Below, in pieces: positions 20,201-30,932 of a DNA stretch of 32,000 nt. Location: the NCBI RefSeq assembly GCF_001457595.1, contig NZ_LN831039.1, forward strand, positions 6,951,268 to 6,983,267, written 5' to 3'. This DNA is from Mycolicibacterium smegmatis (lineage in GTDB: Bacteria > Actinomycetota > Actinomycetes > Mycobacteriales > Mycobacteriaceae). Position 1 is the first letter of the stretch; every line of letters begins with the position of its first letter. The position numbers and the translations under genes are program-made. The notes below the pieces were generated by a model. It searched no databases and was not told where the DNA came from. It saw nothing but the letters and a program-made list of their open reading frames with translations.

Positions 20201-20855
20201 CGACGCCGAGGCGCGGCGACGCCGTGCCCTCATCGTGGGTCTGTCCGCGGGTGCGGCGATCATCGTCGTCGCGCTGGTGGTGATGGCGACGATCCTCAGC
20301 CGGATCTTCGGCGACGTGGGCGGCGGGATCAACCGTGATCAGCTCGGGCTCAACGCGCCGAGCTCGGAAACCGAGTCCGAGGGCGGCGACACCGCCGCAG
20401 CCGGCGCCACGGTGAAACCCGTTCGCGCGACGGTGTTCTCGCCCGAGGGTGAAGCCGACAACCCCGGTCAGGCCGAACTCGCGATCGACGGCAGCAGCAG
20501 CACCATGTGGTCCACCGACACCTATTCCGATCCGGTGCCGTTCCCCGGGTTCAAGAACGGTGTCGGCCTGATCCTGCAGTTGCCCCAGCCCACGGTGATC
20601 GGATCGGTGGATCTCAACGTCACCAGCACGGGCACCGCGGTGCAACTGCGTGCGGCCAACAGCAACTCGCCGTCCTCGCTGTCGGACACCACCGAGCTGA
20701 CGTCGCCGACCACGCTCAAGACCGGGTCCAACACCATCTCGGTGGGGCGTGCGGCGCCGACGCAGTATCTGCTGGTGTGGATCTCGACGCTGGGCACCGT
20801 GGACGGCAAGAGCAAGACCGACATCTCCGACATCACGGTCAAAGCCGCCTCCTGA
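17205..20855 (+). CDS. murJ: MurJ/MviN lipid II flippase with cytoplasmic pseudokinase domain and extracellular C-terminal domain
   Basis: ATG at 17205 overlaps the upstream stop (ATGA) and gives 1216 aa. MviN core: ATLISRITGFIRIVLLAAILGAALSSAFSVANQLPNLIAALVLEATFTAIFVPVLAR. Kinase-like region: DGRYRLLVFHGGPPHLQFWQALDTALDRQVALTFVDPD. Then a TM (ALIVGLSAGAAIIVVALVVMATIL) and a discoidin-like tail. Confidence 0.96.
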   Translation: MNATQPQRPPGPRRLPRGPAPRRRAGQEELSDAAVVSRSWGMAMATLISRITGFIRIVLLAAILGAALSSAFSVANQLPNLIAALVLEATFTAIFVPVLARAERDDPDGGAAFVRRLVTLVTTLLLVTTLVSVAAAPALVRLMLGDDPQVNEPLTTAFAYLLLPQVLFYGLSSVFMAILNTRNVFGPPAWAPVLNNVVAIATLGAYLLVPGELSVDPVQMGNAKLLVLGVGTTLGVVAQCSVLLPAIRRERISLRPLWGIDDRLKKFGAMAAAMVLYVLISQIGLVVGNQIASGAAASGPAIYNYAWLVLQLPFGMIGVTVLTVVMPRLSRNAAKNDIPAVLGDLSLATRLTMITLIPIVALMTVGGPAIGTALFAYGNFGRVDAGYLGLAISLSAFTLIPYALVLLQLRVFYARERAWTPIIVIIVITVVKIAGSVAAPHLTNNPEMVAGYLGAANGLGFMAGAIVGHVLLRANLDPPGGRLVSLTVVRTILVTITASLLAVLVAVVVDQLLGVEQLTVRFGAGGSMIRLVVLGLIMLPIIAGVLIAAKVPEAQAAIRVVRGRLGRFGGKETSAVDAAEKVALQTNGPAVPPRTAGAVTYPDQRNSSPHRGPTTPAPGWVGAPASVAGAGTRKGSPVTDESAGGPALDGTATTKLPRQAPDDFQPDVADDESEAAGAEPTVEETVSLPNGSGRPPADYGGDPTREPISFAPPREPAVESATSGDDVHLIPGATIADGRYRLLVFHGGPPHLQFWQALDTALDRQVALTFVDPDAKLPDSQVQDILSRTLKLSRLDVPGIARVLDVAHSGSGGLIVSEWIRGGSLAEVADTAPSPIGGARAIQSLAAAAEAAHRAGVALSIDHPSRVRVSIEGDVALAFPATLPDATPDDDIRGIGAALYALLVNRWPLPESGEPSGLEPAALDAAGQPVEPRAVDRDIPFQISAAAARAVQPGGGIRSAPTLLNLLQQATAIADRTELLESVEQTPAAAAATPHTDGADAEARRRRALIVGLSAGAAIIVVALVVMATILSRIFGDVGGGINRDQLGLNAPSSETESEGGDTAAAGATVKPVRATVFSPEGEADNPGQAELAIDGSSSTMWSTDTYSDPVPFPGFKNGVGLILQLPQPTVIGSVDLNVTSTGTAVQLRAANSNSPSSLSDTTELTSPTTLKTGSNTISVGRAAPTQYLLVWISTLGTVDGKSKTDISDITVKAAS

Positions 20856-20955
20856 GCCGGTTATCCCCAACCGCGGGGTCCGCTGACCTCGCGGTTCGGG
20901 CGTGCGGCGAAAACTTGTGTCCTGCAGGTGCCCTGACACCGTTTAGGTTCGGCAT

Positions 20956-21582
20956 GTGGGACGGGGAGAGTTTGCGGGGGCGGCGCACACGCGCTCGGAT
21001 GCCGAACTGCTCGCGGCCCACGTCGCCGGGGACCGGTACGCGTTCGAGGAACTGGTGCTGCGCCACCACCGCCAGCTGCGCCGGCTGGCCTACCTGACCA
21101 GCAACCACCTCGACGACGCCGACGACGCCGTCCAGGAGGCGTTGCTCAAGGCCCATCGCACCGCGGCCACATTCCGGTTCGACTGCGCGGTGAGCAGCTG
21201 GCTGTACCGCATCGTGGTCAACGCCTGCCTGGATCGCCTGCGCCGCAGCAGAACTCAGCCGTCGGCCACCCACTACGTCGAACTCGGCCACGTCAACCAC
21301 CTGCGCGATCCGGCCGCCGACCCGGCGCCGCGTGTCACGACGGCGATCACGGTGGAACGCGCACTGCTGCAGCTGCCGGTCGATCAGCGTGCCGCGGTGG
21401 TCGCGGTCGACATGCAGGGATATTCGGTGGCAGAGACCGCACGGCTGCTCGGCGTCGCCGAAGGCACCATCAAGAGCCGGTGTGCCCGCGCACGAGCCAA
21501 ACTGGCGCGCACGCTGCAGTATTTTGATGGCGATGAACCGCAGCCCGCGACCAGCGCCCATCGAGGAGCCGCTCACCCCTGA
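20956..21582 (+). CDS. sigM: ECF RNA polymerase sigma factor SigM
   Basis: Region 2: LAYLTSNHLDDADDAVQEALLKAHRTAATFRFDCAVSSWLYRIVVNACLDRLRR. Region 4: LPVDQRAAVVAVDMQGYSVAETARLLGVAEGTIKSRCARARAKL. Sits between murJ and an anti-sigma gene. Confidence 0.94.
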   Translation: MGRGEFAGAAHTRSDAELLAAHVAGDRYAFEELVLRHHRQLRRLAYLTSNHLDDADDAVQEALLKAHRTAATFRFDCAVSSWLYRIVVNACLDRLRRSRTQPSATHYVELGHVNHLRDPAADPAPRVTTAITVERALLQLPVDQRAAVVAVDMQGYSVAETARLLGVAEGTIKSRCARARAKLARTLQYFDGDEPQPATSAHRGAAHP

Positions 21583-22270
21583 GCTGCTGGCCGACCTGCA
21601 GGCCGGGCTCCTCGACGACGCGACCGCGGCCCGGGTGCGCAGGCGCGTGCGCGACGATCCCGAGGCGGCCGACATGCTCGCCGCGCTCGAGCGGGTTCGC
21701 CGCGACCTCGCCGGACTGGGTGCCGAGCTCGACGCCGAGTCGGCACCACCCGTGCCACCGGAGGTGAGCGCCAAGCTGATCGCGGCCCTGCGCGCCGAAC
21801 GCCCGCGACATGCGCGCCGCTGGCGTCGCATCGGCGCGATCATCGGCGGCTGCGCAGCACTCGTCGCCGTCGCAATCGGGGCGGTCATGCTGCAGCGCCC
21901 GGCCCCGCTGTCGAAACCACCGGCGCCCACGGGTCAGTTCGGCCGCATCACCACCACACCGGTGCCCTCCGACCTGGGCCTCACCGAGGCGCAGGTGCTC
22001 GCGGTGCTCACCACGCCGCCCGATTTCGGCCCGCTGGCCGACCCGGCGCGGCGGACCGGCTGTCTGGCAGCGCTCGGTTACCCGCCGGGGATCCGCGTGC
22101 TCGGTGCACGCCCGCTCGACGTGGCAGGCCGGCGGGGGGTCCTGATCCTGCTGGCCGACGACCGGCCCGACACGCTCACGGGCCTCGTGGTGCCCGCCGA
22201 CTGCGCGGACGGCGCCACACCCACGCCGATCGCCCGCACGGTGGTCCGGCAACCGGCGGCACGCCCGTAG
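21533..22270 (+). CDS. rsmA: Anti-sigma-M factor (RsmA-type), single-pass membrane protein
   Basis: Starts within sigM (ATG at 21527 or 21533). Soluble N-terminus LTPELLADLQAGLLDDATAARVRRRVRDDPEAADMLAALE, TM IGAIIGGCAALVAVAIGAVML, and an extracytoplasmic C-terminus. Confidence 0.87.
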   Translation: MNRSPRPAPIEEPLTPELLADLQAGLLDDATAARVRRRVRDDPEAADMLAALERVRRDLAGLGAELDAESAPPVPPEVSAKLIAALRAERPRHARRWRRIGAIIGGCAALVAVAIGAVMLQRPAPLSKPPAPTGQFGRITTTPVPSDLGLTEAQVLAVLTTPPDFGPLADPARRTGCLAALGYPPGIRVLGARPLDVAGRRGVLILLADDRPDTLTGLVVPADCADGATPTPIARTVVRQPAARP

Positions 22271-22309
22271 TCTTGCAGCAAAATGTGCGTCCGGTCCCAC
22301 ACCTTCGGC

Positions 22310-22336
22310 GGGAACAGCGCAGCATAGGCTGGCGTT
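22310..22336 (+). promoter_or_regulatory. ECF-type (SigH-like) promoter upstream of trxB
   Basis: GGGAACA (22310-22316), 16 nt, CGTT (22333-22336), about 39 nt before the trxB ATG. Matches the recalled mycobacterial SigH consensus GGGAAYA-N16/17-cGTT. Confidence 0.7.
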
Positions 22337-22374
22337 TATGACGGTGCCGGGAAATTTCCGGCGGAAAGGCCCAT

Positions 22375-23310
22375 ATGTCCACTTCACAGACGGTTCACGA
22401 CGTCATCATCATCGGTTCCGGCCCGGCCGGGTACACCGCGGCGATCTATGCGGCCCGCGCTCAGCTCAAGCCCCTGGTGTTCGAGGGCACACAGTTCGGC
22501 GGCGCGTTGATGACCACCACCGAGGTGGAGAACTACCCGGGCTTCCGTGAGGGCATCACGGGTCCGGAGCTGATGGATCAGATGCGCGAGCAGGCGCTGC
22601 GGTTCGGCGCGGACCTGCGCATGGAAGACGTCGACGCAGTACAGCTCGAAGGCCCCGTCAAGACCGTCGTGGTCGGCGACGAGACCCACCAGGCCCGCGC
22701 GGTCATCCTGGCGATGGGCGCGGCCGCACGCCACCTCGGCGTGCCCGGCGAGGAAGCGTTGACCGGCATGGGTGTGAGCACCTGCGCGACGTGCGACGGC
22801 TTCTTCTTCCGCGACCAGGACATCGCGGTGGTCGGCGGCGGCGACTCGGCGATGGAGGAAGCGACGTTCCTCACACGCTTTGCCCGCAGTGTGACGTTGA
22901 TCCACCGCCGCGACGAGTTCCGCGCGTCCAAGATCATGCTGGAGCGGGCCCGCGCCAACGAGAAGATCACGTTCCTCACCAACACCGAGATCACCCAGAT
23001 CGAGGGTGACCCGAAGGTCACGGGTGTGCGCCTGCGCGACACCGTGACGGGCGAGGAGTCCAAGCTCGACGTCACCGGCGTGTTCGTCGCGATCGGCCAC
23101 GACCCGCGATCGGAGCTCGTGCGCGGTCAGGTCGAACTCGACGACGAGGGCTACGTCAAGGTCCAGGGCCGCACCACCTACACGTCGCTCGACGGGGTGT
23201 TCGCGGCAGGCGATCTGGTGGACCACACCTACCGCCAGGCCATCACGGCCGCGGGCAGCGGCTGTGCGGCGTCCATCGACGCCGAGCGCTGGATCGCCGA
23301 ACAAGACTGA
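22375..23310 (+). CDS. trxB: Thioredoxin reductase
   Basis: FAD-binding [16 protein letters not shown], redox-active [13 protein letters not shown]-binding [15 protein letters not shown], and C-terminal [10 protein letters not shown]. Confidence 0.98.
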   Translation: MSTSQTVHDVIIIGSGPAGYTAAIYAARAQLKPLVFEGTQFGGALMTTTEVENYPGFREGITGPELMDQMREQALRFGADLRMEDVDAVQLEGPVKTVVVGDETHQARAVILAMGAAARHLGVPGEEALTGMGVSTCATCDGFFFRDQDIAVVGGGDSAMEEATFLTRFARSVTLIHRRDEFRASKIMLERARANEKITFLTNTEITQIEGDPKVTGVRLRDTVTGEESKLDVTGVFVAIGHDPRSELVRGQVELDDEGYVKVQGRTTYTSLDGVFAAGDLVDHTYRQAITAAGSGCAASIDAERWIAEQD

Positions 23311-23343
23311 TACACAATAGTTTTCGACTGACAGGAGACAGCC

Positions 23344-23676
23344 ATGAGTGAGGACAGCGCGACCGTCGCGGTCACCGACGATTCGTTCTCCACCGACGTG
23401 CTGGGAAGCAGCAAGCCGGTGCTGGTCGATTTCTGGGCCACCTGGTGCGGCCCGTGCAAGATGGTCGCCCCGGTGCTCGAGGAGATCGCCGCCGAGAAGG
23501 GTGACCAACTCACCGTCGCCAAGATCGACGTCGACGCCAACCCGGCCACGGCGCGCGATTTCCAGGTCGTGTCGATCCCCACCATGATCCTGTTCAAGGA
23601 TGGCGCGCCGGTGAAACGCATCGTCGGCGCCAAGGGCAAGGCCGCCCTGCTGCGCGAGCTCTCCGACGCCCTCTGA
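23344..23676 (+). CDS. trxC: Thioredoxin
   Basis: VLVDFWATWCGPCKMVAPVLEEIA with the WCGPC active site, located 33 bp after trxB. Confidence 0.97.
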   Translation: MSEDSATVAVTDDSFSTDVLGSSKPVLVDFWATWCGPCKMVAPVLEEIAAEKGDQLTVAKIDVDANPATARDFQVVSIPTMILFKDGAPVKRIVGAKGKAALLRELSDAL

Positions 23677-23814
23677 CCCTCTCGGCGTCACATTGGGGGT
23701 CGATTAGAGGTCCCCAGGACGCGCTTGGCGTTTTCCGGATTCGGGTATGAGTCTGAGACAATGCTGCCTAGCTAGTCCGGCAGATTGCCGTCAACCAGCC
23801 TGGAGGGGCCCCGT

Positions 23815-25005
23815 ATGTCGAGTCTGCGTCGCGGTGATCGCGGCGGTGCGGTCACCGAGATTCGGGCAGCACTGGCAGCGCTCGGGCTCATCGAGAACCC
23901 CGACACTGACCTGAGCACGGGCCGCCACGTGGCGCTCGATGTGTTCGATGACGAACTCGACCATGCTGTCCGCGCGTTTCAGCAGCACCGTGGTCTCCTG
24001 GTCGACGGAATCGTCGGCGAGGCGACCTACCGCGCCCTGCGCGAGGCGTCGTACCGACTCGGCGCACGCATCCTGTCGCACCAGTTCGGTGCCCCGATGT
24101 ACGGCGACGACGTGGCGACGCTGCAGGCGCGGTTGCAGGACCTCGGCTTCTACACCGGCCTGGTCGACGGGTACTTCGGCCTGCAGACCCACAACGCGCT
24201 CATGTCGTATCAGCGTGAGTACGGGTTGTATCCCGACGGGATCTGCGGCCCGGAGACCCTGCGCTCGCTGTACTTCCTCGGCTCACGCGTCACCGGCGGG
24301 TCGCCGCACGCGATCCGCGAAGAGGAACTCGTGCGCCGGTCCGGTCCGCGCCTGTCGGGTAAGCGGGTCATCATCGATCCGGGCCGCGGCGGCTCCGACC
24401 ACGGCCTGATCATGCAGGGGCCCCACGGGCCCATCAGTGAGGCCGACATCCTGTGGGACCTCGCGAGCCGGCTCGAGGGCCGCATGACCGCGATCGGCAT
24501 GGACACCGTGTTGTCGCGCCCGCCGAACCGCAGCCCCTCCGATGCCGAGCGCGCCCAGACCGCCAACGGCGTCGGCGCCGATCTGATGATCAGCCTGCGC
24601 TGCGCGACCCAGCCCAGCCCCGCTGCCAATGGCGTCGCGTCGTTCTATTTCGGCAACTCACACGGCTCGGTGTCCACGATCGGACGCAACCTGGCCGACT
24701 TCATCCAGCGTGAAGTGGTGGCGCGCACCGGTTTACGTGACTGCCGCACACACGGCCGCACGTGGGATCTGCTGCGCCTGACGCGGATGCCCACCGTGCA
24801 GGTCGACATCGGCTACATCACCAATCCCGGTGACCGTGGTCTGCTGGTGTCCCCACAGACCCGTGACGCCATCGCCGAAGGTGTTCTCGCGGCCGTGAAG
24901 CGTCTGTACCTGCTGGGCAAGAACGACCGCCCCACAGGCACTTTCACGTTCGCCGAACTGCTCGCACACGAGTTGTCGGTCGAGCAGGCCGGCCGCGGCG
25001 CCTGA
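23815..25005 (+). CDS. cwlM: CwlM, cytoplasmic amidase_3-like peptidoglycan biosynthesis regulator with two N-terminal peptidoglycan-binding repeats
   Basis: ATG at 23815 gives MSSLRRGDRGGAVTEIRAALAALG. Two PG_binding_1-like units (AFQQHRGLLVDGIVGEATYRAL; SYQREYGLYPDGICGPETLRSL), then VIIDPGRGGSDHG...FYFGN...VDIGYITNPGD. No signal peptide. Confidence 0.95.
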   Translation: MSSLRRGDRGGAVTEIRAALAALGLIENPDTDLSTGRHVALDVFDDELDHAVRAFQQHRGLLVDGIVGEATYRALREASYRLGARILSHQFGAPMYGDDVATLQARLQDLGFYTGLVDGYFGLQTHNALMSYQREYGLYPDGICGPETLRSLYFLGSRVTGGSPHAIREEELVRRSGPRLSGKRVIIDPGRGGSDHGLIMQGPHGPISEADILWDLASRLEGRMTAIGMDTVLSRPPNRSPSDAERAQTANGVGADLMISLRCATQPSPAANGVASFYFGNSHGSVSTIGRNLADFIQREVVARTGLRDCRTHGRTWDLLRLTRMPTVQVDIGYITNPGDRGLLVSPQTRDAIAEGVLAAVKRLYLLGKNDRPTGTFTFAELLAHELSVEQAGRGA

Positions 25006-25050
25006 GCCCTTCCGCGTAACCCCCTGAACCGCAACCTTTTCTGATTCAGC

Positions 25051-25803
25051 TCACGGGAAGCACGAACCTGCGCCCACCGGTGCCTCCAGGCGGGCGCTTT
25101 CCAGCAGACGCTCCAGAGCGGCCTCGACCTCGGCCTTCCAGCCCAGGCCCTTGTCGAGCTCGAGCCGCAGCCTCGGGAAGTACGGATGCGGGGCGACGAC
25201 CGTGAAGCCGACATCGGTGAGGAATCCCGCGTCGAGCATGCACTGCCCGACCGTGCAGTCCCCCAACACCTTCACTACCGGCGCGAGTTCAGGCGGCAGC
25301 GCCGCGAGGTCGTCGAGTTCGGTGAGCGCGGGCGTGTACGCGAATGCCTCGAGCGCACGTACACCGCGGCGCACCAGATCGGTGATCACCGCCGACAGCA
25401 GGCCGGCCGACATGTCCTCGGCGCATTCGGCCGAGTCGACGCCGACCGTCGTCAGCAGGATCGCGTCGGCGCTCACGGGCGCGGTCGGGAACAGCCGGGC
25501 ACGCGGCACCGACGCGGGCGGCGCATAGAACGCGTAACCCAGGCACGGCTCGTCACCGGTGATCACGGCGTCGAGGTCGTCCTCGAGATCACGGCCGCGC
25601 GGAGCCTGCACCGCGAGCTGACCGCACGATCCCCACTCGAGCATGACCATCGACAGCCATGCTTCCTTCTCGAACTCCGGATCGGCGAGATGATCCTCCC
25701 CCGCGACGGTGGACGGATCGACCTCCCAGAACACGCACCGGCGCGCATGCTTGGGCAGCTGCTCGAACCCCTCGAGCCGAAGCGGCGTTATTCGTGTCGA
25801 CAC
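25051..25803 (-). CDS. Rv3916c-like protein, GNAT acetyltransferase-like
   Basis: 250 aa: STRITPLRLEGFEQLPKHARRCVFWEVDPSTV...GVRALEAFAYTP...CMLDAGFLTDVGFTVVAPHPYFPRLRLEL. Lies between cwlM and parB, the Rv3916c position. Confidence 0.8.
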   Translation of the reverse strand: MSTRITPLRLEGFEQLPKHARRCVFWEVDPSTVAGEDHLADPEFEKEAWLSMVMLEWGSCGQLAVQAPRGRDLEDDLDAVITGDEPCLGYAFYAPPASVPRARLFPTAPVSADAILLTTVGVDSAECAEDMSAGLLSAVITDLVRRGVRALEAFAYTPALTELDDLAALPPELAPVVKVLGDCTVGQCMLDAGFLTDVGFTVVAPHPYFPRLRLELDKGLGWKAEVEAALERLLESARLEAPVGAGSCFP

Positions 25804-26041
25804 TGAACTCTCCGGACTTCACGCGGGCTGGAGGTGCGTGGCTGCCCCTCAAGGATAGGAGAGTGCGCGGCCCGCGGCCCAGTCCCGGCCGAAAATCTCA
25901 TCCGAGACCACCTCCTACCCGAAAACCGTTGATACACAAAAGCTTTACTTCGAATGCCGGTGCGTTCACAAGGCCCGAACCGGCGAACTGTCACAGTGAC
26001 AAAACGAGCGCGTGTGGTTGGTCGTCCGCTGACACCGACTT

Positions 26042-27097
26042 TTACTCTTTCTGGGCGCTCATCAGCTCGACGATGCGCTGCAGATCGTCCACCGACCCGA
26101 ACTCGACGACGATCTTGCCCTTGCGTTTGCCGAGGCTCACGGTGACGCGCGTGTCGAACGCCGTCGAGAGCCGCTCGGCAACGTCCTGGAGACCCGGCAT
26201 CTGGATCGGCTTACGGCGCGGGGCAGGCGTGGTCTTGCCTTCACGGTTCGCGAGCGTCACGGCTTCTTCCGTGGCCCGGACCGACAGCCCTTCGGCGACG
26301 ATGCGCGCCGCGAGTTCCTCCTGGGCCTCCGGTCCGCCCTCGAGCGCGAGGAGCGCCCGCGCGTGGCCGGCCGAAAGTACACCCGCCGCGACACGCCGCT
26401 GCACCGCGATGGGCAGACGCAGCAGCCGGATCATGTTCGAGATGAGCGGCCGGGAGCGACCGATGCGCGCCGCGAGTTCGTCGTGGGTGACGCCGAACTC
26501 GTCGAGCAGCTGCTGATAGGCCGACGCCTCTTCGAGTGGGTTCAACTGGACGCGGTGGATGTTCTCGAGCAGTGCGTCGCGCAGCATGCCGTCGTCGGCG
26601 GTCTCGCGCACGATCGCCGGGATTGCGGTGAGGCCGGCCTGTTGAGCCGCGCGCCAGCGCCGCTCCCCCATGACGATCTGATAGCGGATGTCACCCTTGG
26701 GTTCGACCTCGCGCACGACGATCGGCTGCATGAGACCGAACTCGCGGATCGAGTGCACGAGTTCGCTCAGCGCCTCGTCGTCGAACACCTGGCGGGGCTG
26801 ACGCGGGTTCGGTTCGATGGCCGTCGGGGCGATCTCGCGGTACGTCGCACCGACCTCGTCGCGGTCGAGGGGCTGCACCGCGGAGTCACCTGCGGCACCG
26901 TCCTCGGGCGGTGCCGCAGGAGCATCCGTACCCGCAGGCGGAGTCGGTGCCGACGGTGCCCCACCCATGAGGACGTCGGCCGCCGTGGCACCGATTTTCG
27001 GGCTCAACCCATCGGGTGCCCCGTCGACCGGTCCGGTGGGGATGAGCGCCGCCAGTCCCCTACCGAGTCCACTGCGCTTGCGTGCCGGCTGATTCAT
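26042..27097 (-). CDS. parB: Chromosome-partitioning protein ParB
   Basis: ParB N-terminal motifs [36 protein letters not shown] and [21 protein letters not shown], and HTH region [26 protein letters not shown] (read here as [27 protein letters not shown]). Confidence 0.97.
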   Translation of the reverse strand: MNQPARKRSGLGRGLAALIPTGPVDGAPDGLSPKIGATAADVLMGGAPSAPTPPAGTDAPAAPPEDGAAGDSAVQPLDRDEVGATYREIAPTAIEPNPRQPRQVFDDEALSELVHSIREFGLMQPIVVREVEPKGDIRYQIVMGERRWRAAQQAGLTAIPAIVRETADDGMLRDALLENIHRVQLNPLEEASAYQQLLDEFGVTHDELAARIGRSRPLISNMIRLLRLPIAVQRRVAAGVLSAGHARALLALEGGPEAQEELAARIVAEGLSVRATEEAVTLANREGKTTPAPRRKPIQMPGLQDVAERLSTAFDTRVTVSLGKRKGKIVVEFGSVDDLQRIVELMSAQKE

Positions 27098-27156
27098 GCT
27101 CGTCTCCTGCTCATCACTGCATCCGCTCCCGCTGTACGCCTACTGATCATGCTGCA

Positions 27157-28901
<1,745 letters not shown>

Positions 28902-29453
28902 CTAGCCGAGCAGGATGACAACGCGGCGAGAGGGCTCGACCCCTTCACTCTCGCTGCGGACGCCGTCGATGGCCGCCACGGCGTCGTGGACGATCTTGCG
29001 CTCGAACGGAGTCATCGGCGCGAGTTCCTCTCGCTGGCCGGTCTCCAGGACCCGGCGGGCCACCTTCTCACCGAGCGCCGCGAGCTCGTCGCGACGACGG
29101 CGGCGCCAGCGCGCGATGTCGAGCATCAGGCGGCTGCGCTCACCGGTCTTCTGGTGCACCGCCAGCCGCGTCAGTTCCTGCAGCGCGTCGAGCACCTCAC
29201 CCTTGCGCCCGACCAGCTTGCTCAGATCGTTGCCCCCGTCGATGCTGACGACCGCGCGGTCGCCCTCGACATCGAGGTCGATGTCCCCGTCGAAGTCCAG
29301 GAGGTCCAACAGCTCCTCGAGGTAGTCGCCGGCGATCTCGCCCTCGGCGACCAAGCGCTCTTCGAGATCGTCCTCGGCGCCCACCGCAGGCGCCGTCGTC
29401 TCGACCTTGTCGTCCTGGTCGGCGCCGGGGTCAGTCGTCTGTGCGTCTGTCAT
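28902..29453 (-). CDS. jag: Jag-like KH/R3H RNA-binding protein (KhpB family)
   Basis: LVGRKGEVLDALQELTRLAVHQKTGERSRLMLDIARWRRRRRDELAALGEKVARRVLETGQREELAPMTPFERKIVHDAVAAIDGVRSESEGVEPSRRVVI contains the KH and R3H signatures. Located next to yidC. Confidence 0.93.
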   Translation of the reverse strand: MTDAQTTDPGADQDDKVETTAPAVGAEDDLEERLVAEGEIAGDYLEELLDLLDFDGDIDLDVEGDRAVVSIDGGNDLSKLVGRKGEVLDALQELTRLAVHQKTGERSRLMLDIARWRRRRRDELAALGEKVARRVLETGQREELAPMTPFERKIVHDAVAAIDGVRSESEGVEPSRRVVILLG

Positions 29454-29488
29454 ATCCGTCTCTCCCTACTCGTGCCAGTCGGAACTGG

Positions 29489-30592
29489 TCATCGTTTCCG
29501 CTTCTTGGGGCGCGCTCCCGGCTTGGGCGTCCGGTTCGTCGGCGTTGTACCCGACGTACCCGACGCGCCCGTCGCGCCCGAATCCGTGGTCGGCTCACTC
29601 GTCCCCGACGACTCTCCGGTCAGTTCGGTGGCGGAGCCGGCCTCACCTTCGGTACCGGCCTGACCCCCGGGCTGAGCCTTCTTCGCCCGATTCGGCTTGG
29701 CGCCCGGCGCAGGTGCGTTGGCCGCGCGGCGCTCCAGCATCTCGGCCTTCTTGGCTTCTTCTTCCTTCTCGATCTTTCCGAACACGTAGTGCTGCTGACC
29801 GTAGGTCCAGATGTTGTTCGCGAGCCAGTACATGATCACGGCGAGCGGAAGGAACGGACCACCGACGACGACGCCGAGCGGGAACACGTAGAGCGCGAGC
29901 TTGTTCATCATCGCGGTCTGCGGGTTGGCCGCGGCTTCCACACTCTGGCGCGCGACCGAGGCCCGGCTGTTGAAGTGAGTCGCGATGCCGGCGAGGATCA
30001 TGATCGGCACACCGACCACGATGACGGCCAGGCGGTTGAATTCGGTGAACGCCTCGAGGCCGTGCTGCTGGATCATCGTCGCGCCCAGCGGGGCGCCGAA
30101 CAGGTTCGCGTCGAGGAAGTGCTGTACGTCGGTCGCGCTGAAGACGTAGTTGCCCAGCGACCGGTTCTCCTCGACCGAAAGGCCCAGCCGGCCGATGCCG
30201 GTCTGCGTCCGGTTGAAGGACATCAGCACGTGGTAGAGGCCCAGGAACACGGGCACCTGCGCGAGCATCGGCAGACACCCGAGGATCGGGTTGAACCCGT
30301 GTTCCTTCTGCAGCTTCTGCATCTCCAGCGCCATGCGCTGGCGGTCCTTGCCGTACTTCTTCTGCAACGCCTTGATCTGCGGCTGCAGCTCCTGCATCTG
30401 GCGCGTCGTACGGATCTGCTTGACGAACGGCTTGTACAGGATGGCGCGCAGCGTGAACACCAGGAACATCACCGACAGCGCCCAGGCGAAGAAATTGGTG
30501 GGGCCCAGCAGGAACGAGAACGCCTTGTACCAGACCCACATGATCGCCGACACCGGGTAATAAATGATGTCCAAGCTGAAGAAGTTAAACAC
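29489..30592 (-). CDS. yidC: Membrane protein insertase YidC
   Basis: [18 protein letters not shown]...[61 protein letters not shown], with a charged low-complexity C-terminal tail. Confidence 0.97.
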   Translation of the reverse strand: MFNFFSLDIIYYPVSAIMWVWYKAFSFLLGPTNFFAWALSVMFLVFTLRAILYKPFVKQIRTTRQMQELQPQIKALQKKYGKDRQRMALEMQKLQKEHGFNPILGCLPMLAQVPVFLGLYHVLMSFNRTQTGIGRLGLSVEENRSLGNYVFSATDVQHFLDANLFGAPLGATMIQQHGLEAFTEFNRLAVIVVGVPIMILAGIATHFNSRASVARQSVEAAANPQTAMMNKLALYVFPLGVVVGGPFLPLAVIMYWLANNIWTYGQQHYVFGKIEKEEEAKKAEMLERRAANAPAPGAKPNRAKKAQPGGQAGTEGEAGSATELTGESSGTSEPTTDSGATGASGTSGTTPTNRTPKPGARPKKRKR

Positions 30593-30932
30593 GCGACTTG
30601 CTCTCCCCTCGCTTCGCTGGGGTTTCCCAGACTGGGTTTTCGGCGGCTGCTGTCTCCGCGGAGACTCCGGCGACGGTCTCGGTCTCGTGAGCGCAGCGCT
30701 CCGGTATCGGGTCCCATCCTCCCTGATGCCACGGACCGCATTTGAGGAGCCGGACGGTGGCCAGCCAGGTTCCGCGGATCAACCCGTATTCGGTCAGCGC
30801 ATCGACGGCGTACTGACTACAGGTGGGCATGAACCGGCATGTGGGAAGCCGCAGAGGGGAGATGGTGTGGCGGTACAGCTGGATCACGTAGATCACCGCG
30901 CGGACTGCCCGCACGCCGATACGGCGTCTCAT
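30585..30932 (-). CDS. yidD: Membrane protein insertion efficiency factor YidD
   Basis: [58 protein letters not shown] is the YidD signature. Confidence 0.96.
   Translation of the reverse strand: MRRRIGVRAVRAVIYVIQLYRHTISPLRLPTCRFMPTCSQYAVDALTEYGLIRGTWLATVRLLKCGPWHQGGWDPIPERCAHETETVAGVSAETAAAENPVWETPAKRGESKSRV

Noticed and set aside
15205-20939. Long minus-strand ORFs (531 aa and 522 aa) across the Rv3909-like and murJ genes
   Set aside because: Typical antisense open frames in high-GC DNA. His/Arg/Gly-rich with no conserved motifs.
20900-20955. Possible ECF autoregulatory promoter before sigM (CGTT near 20940)
   Set aside because: No GGAAC-type -35 at 16-17 nt spacing. The nearest AAAC is about 25 nt away.
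22346-22363. Palindrome-like GCCGGGAAATTTCCGGC just before trxB
   Set aside because: Only GGAAATTTCC is a perfect palindrome. The flanking bases are offset, and it was judged too weak to list as an operator without conservation data.
29441-30745. 434-aa plus-strand ORF opposite yidC
   Set aside because: Compositionally biased shadow ORF without domain-like features. yidC on the minus strand explains the codon structure.
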